Notes under the pieces: generated by a model
What the model was told of the DNA's origin: nothing
Database searches by the model: none
Seen by the model: the letters and a program-made list of their open reading frames with translations, nothing else
Made by a program: the position numbers and the translations under genes
Shown: piece by piece, positions 39,463-48,869 of the stretch
Numbering within the stretch: position 1 is the first letter of the stretch
Layout of the letters: the number at the start of each line of letters is the position of its first letter
Assembly (NCBI GenBank): GCA_963798845.1
Contig: CAWCUS010000002.1
Location: 608,001 to 672,000, forward strand
Source: an uncultured Gemmatimonadales bacterium
Lineage (GTDB): Bacteria > Gemmatimonadota > Gemmatimonadetes > Longimicrobiales > RSA9
Direction of reading: 5' to 3'
DNA length: 64,000 nucleotides

Positions 39463-39900
39463 TCAGCGGCCGGGGGCGCCCGGAACCGGACCAGTCCTCC
39501 CGTCGACGGGGGCGTAGGAGAGCCAGCGCCGGGGCTGTACAGTCTCCTCCAGCCTGGTCGTCCCCGCCGAGGCCACGGAGGGCGGTGCGAGAGTGAACAC
39601 CGCGTCGTACGGCGGGCGGTCCCACTTGCGCGCGTACACGGTGGCGCCGTTCACTGCCCCGATGGCCTGGAGCTCGTCTTCGTCGAGCGCCAGCGGGAAC
39701 CCGGACGCGACCCAGCGGCGCCCGTCGATGACCATCGGCTGCACGGACGGCTGCGGGGGCGCGTGGACGGCGGCCACCAGGTCCGACTGCGGCCGCGTCG
39801 CCGCTTCCTCCACGGGGATGTTCGTGTCCAGTCCCACGTCCTTGCACGCCGCGAGCGATGCGGCGGCCAGCGCGACGACGAGGGCGGGTGTACGGTTCAT
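39463..39900 (-). CDS. Hypothetical lipoprotein
   Basis: AGGAG RBS; lipobox SLAAC. Confidence 0.7.
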   Translation of the reverse strand: MNRTPALVVALAAASLAACKDVGLDTNIPVEEAATRPQSDLVAAVHAPPQPSVQPMVIDGRRWVASGFPLALDEDELQAIGAVNGATVYARKWDRPPYDAVFTLAPPSVASAGTTRLEETVQPRRWLSYAPVDGRTGPVPGAPGR

Positions 39901-40095
39901 GCTGCTCCTGGAAGGATGGTCGCAACGCGGCCCGGCGCGTCCGGTACCGCCTGGCGCGGGCAAGATGCGGCCCGGGCGGAACCGGCGCCACCCCGGCGGG
40001 ACTGGACGTGCGCGGCCGCGGCCGCAACACTGTGGGGCGGCCCCCTCGGAGGAGCGGCGGCGGAAACGGATCGGCGGAACAAGGAGACACTGGCA

Positions 40096-40587
40096 ATGCG
40101 GATCGTGATCGACCCCGTGCCCCTCGTGCTGGGGATCTACGCCCAGGTCGGCGGGCTCATGAACCGGGCGGCGTCCCGTGCGGACGACCGTGATCCGCTC
40201 GAGTTGGGTCGGCGTTTCGGACAGCGGCGGGACGAGGGTGCGGAGCGCGACGTGAAGCGCCTGGTGAAGTCGGTGCACGCGGAAGTGAAGACGTCGGACA
40301 AGCTGCTGAAGAAGACGAACGACGTCTGGAAGCTGTCGTCCGGAGGCGATCGGGTGGAGCTGGTGGTGCACCGCCGAGGCGAGGCGGAGGACCCGAGATC
40401 GTACGTGCTGCTGCGCCCCGACGACGTGCGCGAGCTGCTCAGGTCGATCCGTTCGGCAGCGGAGGGCGCGGCGGAGGACGCGGAGACGCTGGCGCGCCTG
40501 GACGAGGCGGTGGAGTCGGTCGCGGGTCGCCCGAGCGACTACTACACGTTCGGCTTCGACCCGGAGCGGGAGGGACCGGCCGCATAG
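40096..40587 (+). CDS. Hypothetical protein
   Basis: AAGGAG RBS; GC3-biased codons. Confidence 0.7.
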   Translation: MRIVIDPVPLVLGIYAQVGGLMNRAASRADDRDPLELGRRFGQRRDEGAERDVKRLVKSVHAEVKTSDKLLKKTNDVWKLSSGGDRVELVVHRRGEAEDPRSYVLLRPDDVRELLRSIRSAAEGAAEDAETLARLDEAVESVAGRPSDYYTFGFDPEREGPAA

Positions 40588-40591
40588 CCGC

Positions 40592-40969
40592 TCATCCTTC
40601 CGGCTCGGGCTCTCCCTGTTCGTCGAACATGGGGCTGAGCTCCCGCCAGATCTCCTCAACCTGGTTGCGCAGACTGCGCACACGCCCCTCCTCTTCCGGC
40701 GAGTGCTGGAGGTGGTAGCGAGCAGCGCTCAGGGCGGCATAGGCCCGCCAGAGCGCAGCGGATGCGGGGGTCCGGTCGCGCCCGCCCCGCTTCTCGTTTC
40801 GGATGCGGGAGATCACCCACTCCGACAGCTCGTCGTCGAGCATGTAGACATCGCCATCCTCCTTCGCCTCCTGCTCCACGAACTTCTGCAGCTTCCGCTT
40901 GAAGCTTTTCGGCACCCCCGCGACCAGGTAGACCGAGATGTCGTCGCGCTCGACGATGTCCGCGCCCAT
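40592..40969 (-). CDS. Hypothetical protein
   Basis: GGAGG RBS; lies just downstream of rnd on the same strand. Confidence 0.7.
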   Translation of the reverse strand: MGADIVERDDISVYLVAGVPKSFKRKLQKFVEQEAKEDGDVYMLDDELSEWVISRIRNEKRGGRDRTPASAALWRAYAALSAARYHLQHSPEEEGRVRSLRNQVEEIWRELSPMFDEQGEPEPEG

Positions 40970-40983
40970 GTGACCTCCGCGTT

Positions 40984-42126
40984 CTAGTTCTCGTTCGTTC
41001 CGTTCTCGTGCAGCCCCTCGAGGAGGGCGCCCCCGAGAGCCTCGACCTGCCACCTGCGAATAGTGTCGACCCGCGCCAGGGCATTGAGCGACGTCGGCCT
41101 CTCCCGCGCCAGCGACTCCAGCTGGGATCGGGGCATGAGGAAGCCGCGCTCCAGCCCCAGCCGCTCCGCTTCCCGATCACGCACGTCCTTCAGCCGGTCC
41201 ACCTGCCGGTCGAACTCGGGATCCCGCGCCGGGCGACGCGGCGGCCGCGGCCGCTCGGGCAGATCTCCCTCCGGCATGGCGCGGGCGCGGTCCACGGCGG
41301 TCATCATGGCCTCGCCGTAGCGCCGCGCGTTGGACGTCGACAGCCGCGGCACGTTCGCCAGCTCCTTGCCGGTCCGCGGCATCTCGCGAGCCACGTCCAC
41401 CAGCGCCTCGTTGTTCAGGACGCGGAACGAAGCCACGTCCCGCTCCTCCGCCACCGCCTCGCGCCACCGGTACAGCTCGCGAAGCACGGCGAGGCCGCGA
41501 CGATCGAGATCGCGGGTGCCCTTCAGACGCAGGAACGTCGTGCCGGCATCGTCGGGCGGCTCCCAGCGGGTCTTCTCCGTGATGCCGAACTCCTCTTCCG
41601 CCCACTCGAGGCGGCGCATCTCGATGAGCCTCGCCCGCAGCGCGTCCCGCAGCTGCGGGAGGTAGCGCGTGTCCATGGCGGCGTACTCCAGCATCTCGTC
41701 CGGGAGCGGCCGCCGCGCCCAGTCCGCGCGCTGGTACTTCTTCTCCAGCGCGACCCCGAGCTCGTCCTCGAGCAGCTTGGCCAGCCCGAATGAGCGCTCG
41801 CCCAGGAAGCGGGCGGCGATCTTCGTGTCGAACAGCCCGGCGACGTGGATGCCGAAATCGCGGTCGAGGAGGCGCAGGTCGTAGTCGGCGTCGTGAAAGA
41901 CGATCTCCACGCCCGGGTCCTCGAAGACGTCGGCCAGCGGGTTGAGCGAGCCGAGCGCCACGGTGTCCACCAGCCACGTCTCGTCGCGGGTGGAGAGCTG
42001 GACCAGACACAGCGTGTCCAGATAGCGGTGGTAGCCCGCCGCCTCCGTGTCCGCAGCCACGAGCGTCTCGCCCGACAGGCGTTTCGCCAGTGCTTCGAGC
42101 TCGCGTATGGTTCCGATCAGCCGCAT
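40984..42126 (-). CDS. rnd: Ribonuclease D
   Basis: DEDD motifs DTE, HDADYD, FDTKIAA, DWARRPL..YAAMD; HRDC domains. Confidence 0.9.
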   Translation of the reverse strand: MRLIGTIRELEALAKRLSGETLVAADTEAAGYHRYLDTLCLVQLSTRDETWLVDTVALGSLNPLADVFEDPGVEIVFHDADYDLRLLDRDFGIHVAGLFDTKIAARFLGERSFGLAKLLEDELGVALEKKYQRADWARRPLPDEMLEYAAMDTRYLPQLRDALRARLIEMRRLEWAEEEFGITEKTRWEPPDDAGTTFLRLKGTRDLDRRGLAVLRELYRWREAVAEERDVASFRVLNNEALVDVAREMPRTGKELANVPRLSTSNARRYGEAMMTAVDRARAMPEGDLPERPRPPRRPARDPEFDRQVDRLKDVRDREAERLGLERGFLMPRSQLESLARERPTSLNALARVDTIRRWQVEALGGALLEGLHENGTNEN

Positions 42127-42295
42127 CCGGAGGTCGCGGTGCAAGGAATCTGCCGGTTTGCGCGCGTCCGACGGCGCTGGTACCATTGCGCCCGAGATCG
42201 CGCCGCTCCCGCGCAGGGTCGCGACAAGGTACGGTCTGACGCCCCGGTTTTCCACCGCGCCCGACCGCTGGCTCCCGGAACGCTCGCTCACGGCG

Positions 42296-43891
42296 ATGGC
42301 CACCGATTCCCAGCCGATGCTCCTGATCACGGTCGACCGCGTGCACGCCCGGCCGGGCGCCCGCGCCCCTTCCGCCGACGCGGTTCTCGTGCGCGCAGAC
42401 CGGGTGGTGGCGATCGGCGCCGCCGCCGATCTCGAGCCTCTGGCCGGCGGCGCCCGGCGCCTCGATCTCCCCGGCCTCACCCTCACGCCCGGGCTGACCG
42501 ACGCCCACGTCCACCTGGTGGAATGGGCGCTCTCCCGACTCGCCGTCGATCTGACGACCACGGATTCTGCCGAGGCGGCCGCGCATCGCGTGGCGGAGCA
42601 CGCCGGGCGCGGCTCGGGGAGCGGCTGGGTGGTGGGGCGGGGGTGGGACCCGCACCGCTGGGGCGCGTCGCCCCACCGGCGGCACCTGGACGAGGCGCTG
42701 CCCGGAAGGCCGGTCCTGCTGCACAGCCACGACATGCACTCCGCCTGGGCCAGCACCGTCGCGCTGCGCGCTGCCGGGGTCACCCGCGACACGCCCGAGC
42801 CGGCCGGGGGCCGGATCGAGCGGGACCCGGACGGTGAGCCGACGGGCGTGCTCCGGGACAACGCCGTTCCCCTCCTCACCGGCGCCGCCCCGGCGCCTGC
42901 GGCGGAAGAGCGCCGGGCCGCGCTGCTGGAGGGGCAGCGCGCGCTGCACCGCGTCGGCGTGAGCGGGGTGCACACGGTGGAGCCCGAGTCGCTCGGGCTG
43001 CTGGAGGATCTTCGCGCCGCGGACCAGCTCCGCCTGCGCGTGCTCCAGCACCTGCCGCTCGCGAAGCTGGACGATGCCATCCGGCTCGGGCTCCGCAGCG
43101 GCTTCGGCGGTCCCTGGCTGCGCATCGGCGGCGTGAAGATGTTCCTCGACGGGGCGCTCGGCTCCCGTACGGCCTGGATGCGCGAGCCGTACGAGGGAAC
43201 GACCGCTGACCGCGGCATGTCCACGCTCCCGCCGGACGAGTTCCGCGATGCGGTCCGCCGGGGCTCCGCCGCAGGGCTCGCCACGACCGTGCACGCCATC
43301 GGAGACGCGGCCACGGACCTGGCACTCGACGTCCTCCACGCCGACGGCGCCGCGCTCACCGGGCGAGTGCCGCACCGGATCGAGCACGCGCAACTCGTGC
43401 GGCGAGACCGCCTGGGCCCGTCGCCGCACCCGGCGCTGCGCAGCGTGGTTTGCTCCGTCCAGCCATCGCACCTCATGACCGACTGGCGCGCCGCCGACCG
43501 CCACTGGGGCCCCCGGGCAGGCGACGCGTACCCGTTCCGCTCGCTCGAGGTCGCGGGCGCCACGCTGGCCTTCGGCTCGGATGCCCCCGTCGAGCCGCCC
43601 GATCCCCGCCAGGGGCTGTACGCCGCCGTCTCTCGCCGCGACCTTGCCGGTGAGCCGGGCGGTGGGTGGTTCGCGGAGGAGCGCCTGTCGCCTGTCCGGG
43701 CGCTGGCGGGCTACACCACCGGCGCGGCCCGTGCGGCGGGAGATGCGCGGCAGGGGCGGCTCGACCCGGGGACGTTCGCCGACCTCGTCGCCTGGGATCG
43801 GGATCCCCTTTCGGTGGAGCCCGAGGCGCTCCTGGAGATGCGCGCCGTGGTCACGGTGGTCGGCGGCGAGGTGGTGTGGAGCGACGGATGA
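42296..43891 (+). CDS. Amidohydrolase 3 family (YtcJ-like)
   Basis: PGLTDAHVH, KMFLDGALGSRTA, HAIGD, HRIEHAQ, FGSDAPV. Confidence 0.88.
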   Translation: MATDSQPMLLITVDRVHARPGARAPSADAVLVRADRVVAIGAAADLEPLAGGARRLDLPGLTLTPGLTDAHVHLVEWALSRLAVDLTTTDSAEAAAHRVAEHAGRGSGSGWVVGRGWDPHRWGASPHRRHLDEALPGRPVLLHSHDMHSAWASTVALRAAGVTRDTPEPAGGRIERDPDGEPTGVLRDNAVPLLTGAAPAPAAEERRAALLEGQRALHRVGVSGVHTVEPESLGLLEDLRAADQLRLRVLQHLPLAKLDDAIRLGLRSGFGGPWLRIGGVKMFLDGALGSRTAWMREPYEGTTADRGMSTLPPDEFRDAVRRGSAAGLATTVHAIGDAATDLALDVLHADGAALTGRVPHRIEHAQLVRRDRLGPSPHPALRSVVCSVQPSHLMTDWRAADRHWGPRAGDAYPFRSLEVAGATLAFGSDAPVEPPDPRQGLYAAVSRRDLAGEPGGGWFAEERLSPVRALAGYTTGAARAAGDARQGRLDPGTFADLVAWDRDPLSVEPEALLEMRAVVTVVGGEVVWSDG

Positions 43892-45321
43892 CCGACGCAC
43901 TGAGGACGAAGGTCGTGGCGACGGTGGGACCGGCTACGGCGTCGCGGGAGAAGATCGAGGCGATTTGCCGGGCCGGGGCCAACGTGATCCGGATCAACAT
44001 GGCCCACGGCGAACACGACGAGCACCGGCAGGTGATCGGGTGGGTGCGCGAGGTCGCGACGGTGCTGGACGTTCCCATCGCCGTGCTCGCCGACCTGGCG
44101 GGCCCGAAGATCCGCGTGGGCGCGATGCGCGCCGCGGTCAACCTGACGGAGGGGGATACCGTCGTGCTCGCGCCGGAGGACGAGGCCACGGGCGACGAGA
44201 TCCCCACCACCTATCCACGTCTGGCGGACGACCTTTCGCCGAAGCACCGGATCCTCCTCGACGACGGCAAGCTGGAGCTGTCGGTGGTGGCCAGCGAGCC
44301 GCCGCGTGTGCGCGCGACCGTCCTGCGAGGCGGGCTGCTGCTGCCGAAGAAGGGGATCAATCTCCCGGGGGTGCGGGTCAGCACCCCCGCGCTCACGGCC
44401 AAGGACCGCACCGACCTGGCCATGGCCGTGGAGGAGGGTGTGGACTTCATCGGCCTCTCCTTCGTCCAGCGGCCCGGCGACCTGGACGAGCTCCGTTCGC
44501 TGATACCGGACGACATCCTGGTGGTGGCCAAGATCGAGAAGGATGTGGCGCTGGAGCATCTCGACGAGATCCTCGAGCGATCCGACGCCGTCATGGTGGC
44601 CCGCGGTGACCTGGGCGTCGAGCTCCCCTTCGAGCAGGTGCCGGTGGCGCAGAAGCGGATCATCCAGTCCGCCAACCTGCACGCGCGCCCCGTGATCACG
44701 GCCACGCAGATGCTCGAGTCCATGATCGAGAACGAGCGTCCCACGCGCGCCGAAGCCAGCGACGTGGCGAACGCGCTGTTCGACGGGACTGACGCGGTGA
44801 TGCTGTCCGGCGAGACGGCCATGGGGAAGCACCCCGTCCTGGCCGTGGAGGCCATGGTCCGGATCGGCCGCGCCATCGAGCAGACGCCGGCGTTCGCGAA
44901 CGGACCCAAGTACGATGTCCCCGTGGTCAACCGGCTCCGCTCGGGCGCCACGCGCACCGAGCACGCCATTGCAGCAGCCACCGTCGAGGCCGTGCGCCTC
45001 CTGCGCGCGCCGCTCATCATCACGCTCACGCGCAGCGGCTTCACCTCTCGCCTGGTCTCGAGCTATCGGCCGCCGGTGCCCGTGGTCGGAGTGTGCAACA
45101 ACTTGAAGGTGTATCGGCAGCTGGGGCTGGTCTGGGGCGTGCGACCCGTCCTCTGTCGCATCGATGGCGAGCCTAGCTACGAAGAGATCTTCGCCTGCGC
45201 CCGCCAGAGCATCCTCGACATGGGGCTCGCCCGGTCCGGCGACCGCGTCCCCGTCACCGCCGGCGTGCCGTTCTTCATGACCGTGGGCTCCACCAACCTG
45301 CTCCGCATCGAATCGCTGTGA
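43888..45321 (+). CDS. pyk: Pyruvate kinase
   Basis: TKVVATVGPA, AKIE, MVARGDLGVE, TATQMLESM, DAVMLSGETA. Confidence 0.96.
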   Translation: MTDALRTKVVATVGPATASREKIEAICRAGANVIRINMAHGEHDEHRQVIGWVREVATVLDVPIAVLADLAGPKIRVGAMRAAVNLTEGDTVVLAPEDEATGDEIPTTYPRLADDLSPKHRILLDDGKLELSVVASEPPRVRATVLRGGLLLPKKGINLPGVRVSTPALTAKDRTDLAMAVEEGVDFIGLSFVQRPGDLDELRSLIPDDILVVAKIEKDVALEHLDEILERSDAVMVARGDLGVELPFEQVPVAQKRIIQSANLHARPVITATQMLESMIENERPTRAEASDVANALFDGTDAVMLSGETAMGKHPVLAVEAMVRIGRAIEQTPAFANGPKYDVPVVNRLRSGATRTEHAIAAATVEAVRLLRAPLIITLTRSGFTSRLVSSYRPPVPVVGVCNNLKVYRQLGLVWGVRPVLCRIDGEPSYEEIFACARQSILDMGLARSGDRVPVTAGVPFFMTVGSTNLLRIESL

Positions 45322-46097
45322 AGCTCACGTTTCTGGGCACCGGCACCTCCTTCGGCATCCCCGTCATCGGCTGCCGCTGCCCCACCTGCACGTCCGATGA
45401 TCCTCGCGACCGACGCACCCGTCACGCCGTGCTCGTTCACGACGAACGGGGCACCGTGCTCGTCGACACCCCCGTGGAGCTGCGCCTCCAGCTCACCGGG
45501 GCGGGCGTCGGCGCCGTGGATGCGGTCTGGGTCACACACTGTCACGCCGACCACATCCACGGCGTGGACGACCTGCGCGCGATCTCGGCCCACCGGAGGC
45601 GGCGCCTGGACGTGTTCGCCGGCACCGAGTGCCGCCACATCCTGAAACAGCGGTTCGGCTACATCTTCAGCGACTTCCGCCCGCCCAGCGGCACCACCAA
45701 GCCCGAGCTCCGGCTCCGCTCCTTCGACGCCCTGGAGGACGTGGAGGTCGGACCGTTCGAGTTCCGTGCGCTCCCCGTCGAGCATGGGCCCATGACCGTG
45801 TTCGGGTTCCGCGTCGGCGGCCTCGGCTACATCACCGACGCCAAGACCCTCGGCCCCGGCACCCGCGACGCGCTCGGGGGGGTGCACACGCTGGTGCTCA
45901 ACGCGCTCTGGTTCGGCAACCCCCATCCCACGCACCTCAACGTCGAGGAAGCCGTGGAGCTGGCCCACGAGATCGGCGCGGAGCGCACCTACCTCACGCA
46001 CCTCACCCACCGCGTCCTGCACACCGAGCTCGAGCGCGGCCTCCCCGACGATGTACGCCCCGCCTACGACGGCCTCACGGTGGAATTCCCCGCCTGA
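45318..46097 (+). CDS. MBL-fold hydrolase, PhnP/YycJ-like
   Basis: LGTGTSFGIPVIGCRCPTC, THCHADHIHG, YITD, THLTH, AYDGL. Confidence 0.88.
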   Translation: MKLTFLGTGTSFGIPVIGCRCPTCTSDDPRDRRTRHAVLVHDERGTVLVDTPVELRLQLTGAGVGAVDAVWVTHCHADHIHGVDDLRAISAHRRRRLDVFAGTECRHILKQRFGYIFSDFRPPSGTTKPELRLRSFDALEDVEVGPFEFRALPVEHGPMTVFGFRVGGLGYITDAKTLGPGTRDALGGVHTLVLNALWFGNPHPTHLNVEEAVELAHEIGAERTYLTHLTHRVLHTELERGLPDDVRPAYDGLTVEFPA

Positions 46098-46123
46098 GCC
46101 GGCGAGGGAGACTCCGGCCACCA

Positions 46124-46229
46124 CCGGCCCGCGGCCGGGACGGTCTGCCGGCCGGCGGCCGGGACGGTCTGCCGGCCCGCGGCCGGGACGGTCTGCCGGC
46201 CCGCGGCCAGGACGGTCTGCCGGCCGGCG
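46124..46229. repeat. 24-bp tandem repeat, 4 copies plus a partial
   Basis: Unit ccggcccgcggccgggacggtctg at 46124, 46148, 46172 and 46196, each with at most 1 mismatch. Confidence 0.92.
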
Positions 46230-46436
46230 CGCTCGCGGAGGGGCGCGTTCGCACCGCCCGGCCGGCGACTTGCGGGGACACGCGTGTCCCTCGCGGGAGA
46301 CCTCTCCACCCGGAGAGACCGTCGGGGCACCTGGACGGTGCAACCTGATTTCTGGCAACCAGTTACGGAATCCTGGGTCGCGCGGGATCTCTCCACCTGG
46401 AGAGAATCCCCCGGATGAGAGATGCCCGGCCGGCCG

Positions 46437-46565
46437 GGGGCACGCCGGAGCCGGCCCTGGGGCACGCCGGAGCCGGCCCTGGGGCACGCCGGAGCCGGCC
46501 CGGGGGCAGCCGGAGCCGGCCGGGGCACGCCGGAGCCGGCCCCGGGGCACGCCGGGCCGAGCCCC
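46437..46565. repeat. ~22-bp tandem repeat, about 6 copies
   Basis: Unit ggggcacgccggagccggccct at 46437, 46459, 46481, 46503 (shortened), 46522 and 46544 (degenerate). Confidence 0.9.
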
Positions 46566-46617
46566 GCGGGCGCTACGCGGGCTGGTTCGCCGCCCGGGAA
46601 CGGAATACTCTACAGTC

Positions 46618-48021
46618 ATGACTGATCAACAGCGGGTGTCGCTGGACTACGGGAACATGATGTCGCCGCGGCTGGGCGGGCGCGGGGTGTCGCCGGACGC
46701 GCTGGAGGGGGCGGCGGACCGGTTCCGCGAGGCGCACGCGGACGTGGAGTCTCGCCGGGTGGCCGGGGAGCTGGGCTTCTTCGAGTTGCCGGAGCAGGCG
46801 GAGCTCGCGGCGGAGATCCAGGTGTACGCCGACCGCGTGGGCGGCTTCTCCGAAAACGTGGTCGTGCTCGGGATCGGCGGGTCTGCGCTCGGGGCGACGG
46901 CGCTGCTGCACGCGCTGCACGCGCCGGACTGGAACGCGCGGGCGGACGAGGCTCGCGATCACCTGCCCCGCCTGTACGTTCTGGACAACGTGGACCCCGA
47001 GACGGTGGCGTCTCTGCTGGAACGGCTGGATCTGGGGCGCACGCTCTTCGACGTGGTGAGCAAGTCGGGGACGACGGCAGAGACGATGTCGCAGTACCTG
47101 GTGGTCCGGCACCGGCTCTCGCCGCTGCTGAAGGACGAGGGGGCGATCGGGCGGCACCTGGTTTTCACGACCGACCCGGAGAAGGGCGTGCTTCGTGACC
47201 TCGCGCGCGAGGAGGGCGTCCCCACCTTCCCGGTGCCGCCGAACGTCGGCGGGCGCTTCAGCGTGCTCTCGGCGGTGGGGCTGCTCCCGGCCGCGCTGGT
47301 CGGAATCGACATCGACGCGCTGCTCGCGGGTGCCCGTGACATGGCGGAGCGCTGCCGCACCGACGACCTGTCGGCGAATCCGGCCGGCCTGTTCGCCATT
47401 CTCCAGTGGCTTGCGGACACCGGGGGGAACGCCCGCATTCACGTCATGATGCCGTACAGCGACCGGCTGTACTCGGTGGCGGACTGGTTCCGGCAGCTGT
47501 GGGCGGAGAGCCTGGGGAAGCGGCACGCCCGCGGGGGCGAGGAGGTTTTCGTCGGACCGACGCCCGTGAAGGCGCTGGGCGCCACCGACCAGCACTCGCA
47601 GGTGCAGCTCTACATGGAGGGTCCGTTCGACAAGACGGTGACCTTCCTGGCCGTGGGCGAGCGGGACCGGGATGTGGAGATCCCGGTGCTCTACGGCGAC
47701 ATCCCGGCGCTCGGATACCTCGGTGGCCACACGCTGGGTGGGCTGCTGGACGCGGAGCGGAGGGCCACCGCCGCGGCGCTGGCGGAGCGGGGTCGCATGA
47801 ACATGACCATCTCGCTCCCGCGCGTGGACGCCCACGCCGTGGGCGAGCTGCTCATGATGCTCCAGATCGCGACGGTGTATGCGGGCGTGCTCTACGGCAT
47901 CGACCCCCTCGACCAGCCGGGAGTGGAGCTGGGAAAGAAGCTCACGTACGGGCAGATGGGACGCCCGGGCGCGGAGGCGGCGGATATCCCCGCGCCCGAC
48001 CCGCGCTGGGTGGTCGGCTGA
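46618..48021 (+). CDS. pgi: Glucose-6-phosphate isomerase
   Basis: GIGGSALG, SKSGTTAET, GGRFSVLS, QLWAESLGK, DQHSQVQLY, DQPGVELGK. Confidence 0.95.
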   Translation: MTDQQRVSLDYGNMMSPRLGGRGVSPDALEGAADRFREAHADVESRRVAGELGFFELPEQAELAAEIQVYADRVGGFSENVVVLGIGGSALGATALLHALHAPDWNARADEARDHLPRLYVLDNVDPETVASLLERLDLGRTLFDVVSKSGTTAETMSQYLVVRHRLSPLLKDEGAIGRHLVFTTDPEKGVLRDLAREEGVPTFPVPPNVGGRFSVLSAVGLLPAALVGIDIDALLAGARDMAERCRTDDLSANPAGLFAILQWLADTGGNARIHVMMPYSDRLYSVADWFRQLWAESLGKRHARGGEEVFVGPTPVKALGATDQHSQVQLYMEGPFDKTVTFLAVGERDRDVEIPVLYGDIPALGYLGGHTLGGLLDAERRATAAALAERGRMNMTISLPRVDAHAVGELLMMLQIATVYAGVLYGIDPLDQPGVELGKKLTYGQMGRPGAEAADIPAPDPRWVVG

Positions 48022-48090
48022 CGCGGGTGCTCCCGGCGGTGGCGGGGTGGCTGTCAGAACCGCACTGGGGGCGCGTGCGCTCGGAGGTTC

Positions 48091-48792
48091 ATGGCTGAGC
48101 GCGAGTGGCTGGAGCTGCGCAGCAACCGTATGGACCTGGTGTCGCGCTGGGCCGACGACCTCGCCCACGAGATCAAGAATCCGCTCCACGCCATGGTCAT
48201 CAACCTGGAGCTGGTGAAGCGGCGCGCCGGGGGCCCCAATGCCGGGGCCGTGGTCCAGCGCGCTGCCGCGGTGGAGTCCGAGCTCCACCGGGTCCATGCA
48301 CTCGTCGACTCACTGCTCCGCCTGGTGCGGCCATGGCCACCCCGGCCCCGCACGGACGCGGACATCGTGTTCGAGGAGCTGCTTCCCGTGCTCGGCGCAC
48401 GCACTCGCGTCCGCAAGGTGGATTACGAGCACCGGCCGGGCGGCGGTGCCCTGGTGGACATGCCCGCGGAGGAGCTCGCGCTGGTGATCCTGAACCTGGT
48501 GGACAACGCCATCGACGCCACACCGGAAGGGGGGCGAGTGGCCACGCGGGTCGAGCCGACGCGTGAGGGCGTCCGGATCATGGTGTCCGATACCGGCCCC
48601 GGCGTCGCGGCGGAGCTGGCGGGCGAGCCGCCCGAGCGATCCGCCACGCCCCGCGAGGGGCGCGCGGGCCTGGGACTTGCCATATGTCACCGGCTGGTCC
48701 GGAAGGCGGGCGGCTGGCTCCGACTCGAAGCCGGTCGCGCGGGCGAGGGGACTGTCGCAACCGTGTCGCTGCCCCGGTCCGGATCTGCTTGA
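48091..48792 (+). CDS. Cytoplasmic histidine kinase lacking a sensor domain
   Basis: LAHEIKNPL, NLVDNAIDA, DTGPG, GLGL. Confidence 0.82.
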   Translation: MAEREWLELRSNRMDLVSRWADDLAHEIKNPLHAMVINLELVKRRAGGPNAGAVVQRAAAVESELHRVHALVDSLLRLVRPWPPRPRTDADIVFEELLPVLGARTRVRKVDYEHRPGGGALVDMPAEELALVILNLVDNAIDATPEGGRVATRVEPTREGVRIMVSDTGPGVAAELAGEPPERSATPREGRAGLGLAICHRLVRKAGGWLRLEAGRAGEGTVATVSLPRSGSA

Positions 48793-48818
48793 CCCGTTGT
48801 CTCGCGCGCCGGTACCTT
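48789..48818 (+). promoter_or_regulatory. Candidate sigma70 promoter for the NtrC-family regulator
   Basis: TTGACC-N18-TACCTT. Confidence 0.35.
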
Positions 48819-48869
48819 GACGGGCACCGGTGCGCTCTCTCGTGATCCAACCACAAGGATACCAAGGAT

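Noticed and set aside
42127..43563. Long N-terminal extension of RNase D
   Set aside because: Antisense to the amidohydrolase gene; stop-poor frames are expected at this GC content.
46124..46565. CRISPR array
   Set aside because: The repeats are head-to-tail without unique spacers, and there are no cas genes in the window.
46051..46617. 189-aa N-terminal extension of Pgi through the repeats
   Set aside because: It is a low-complexity Arg/Pro/Gly translation of the tandem repeats. Pgi homology starts at 46618, which has its own -10-like box.
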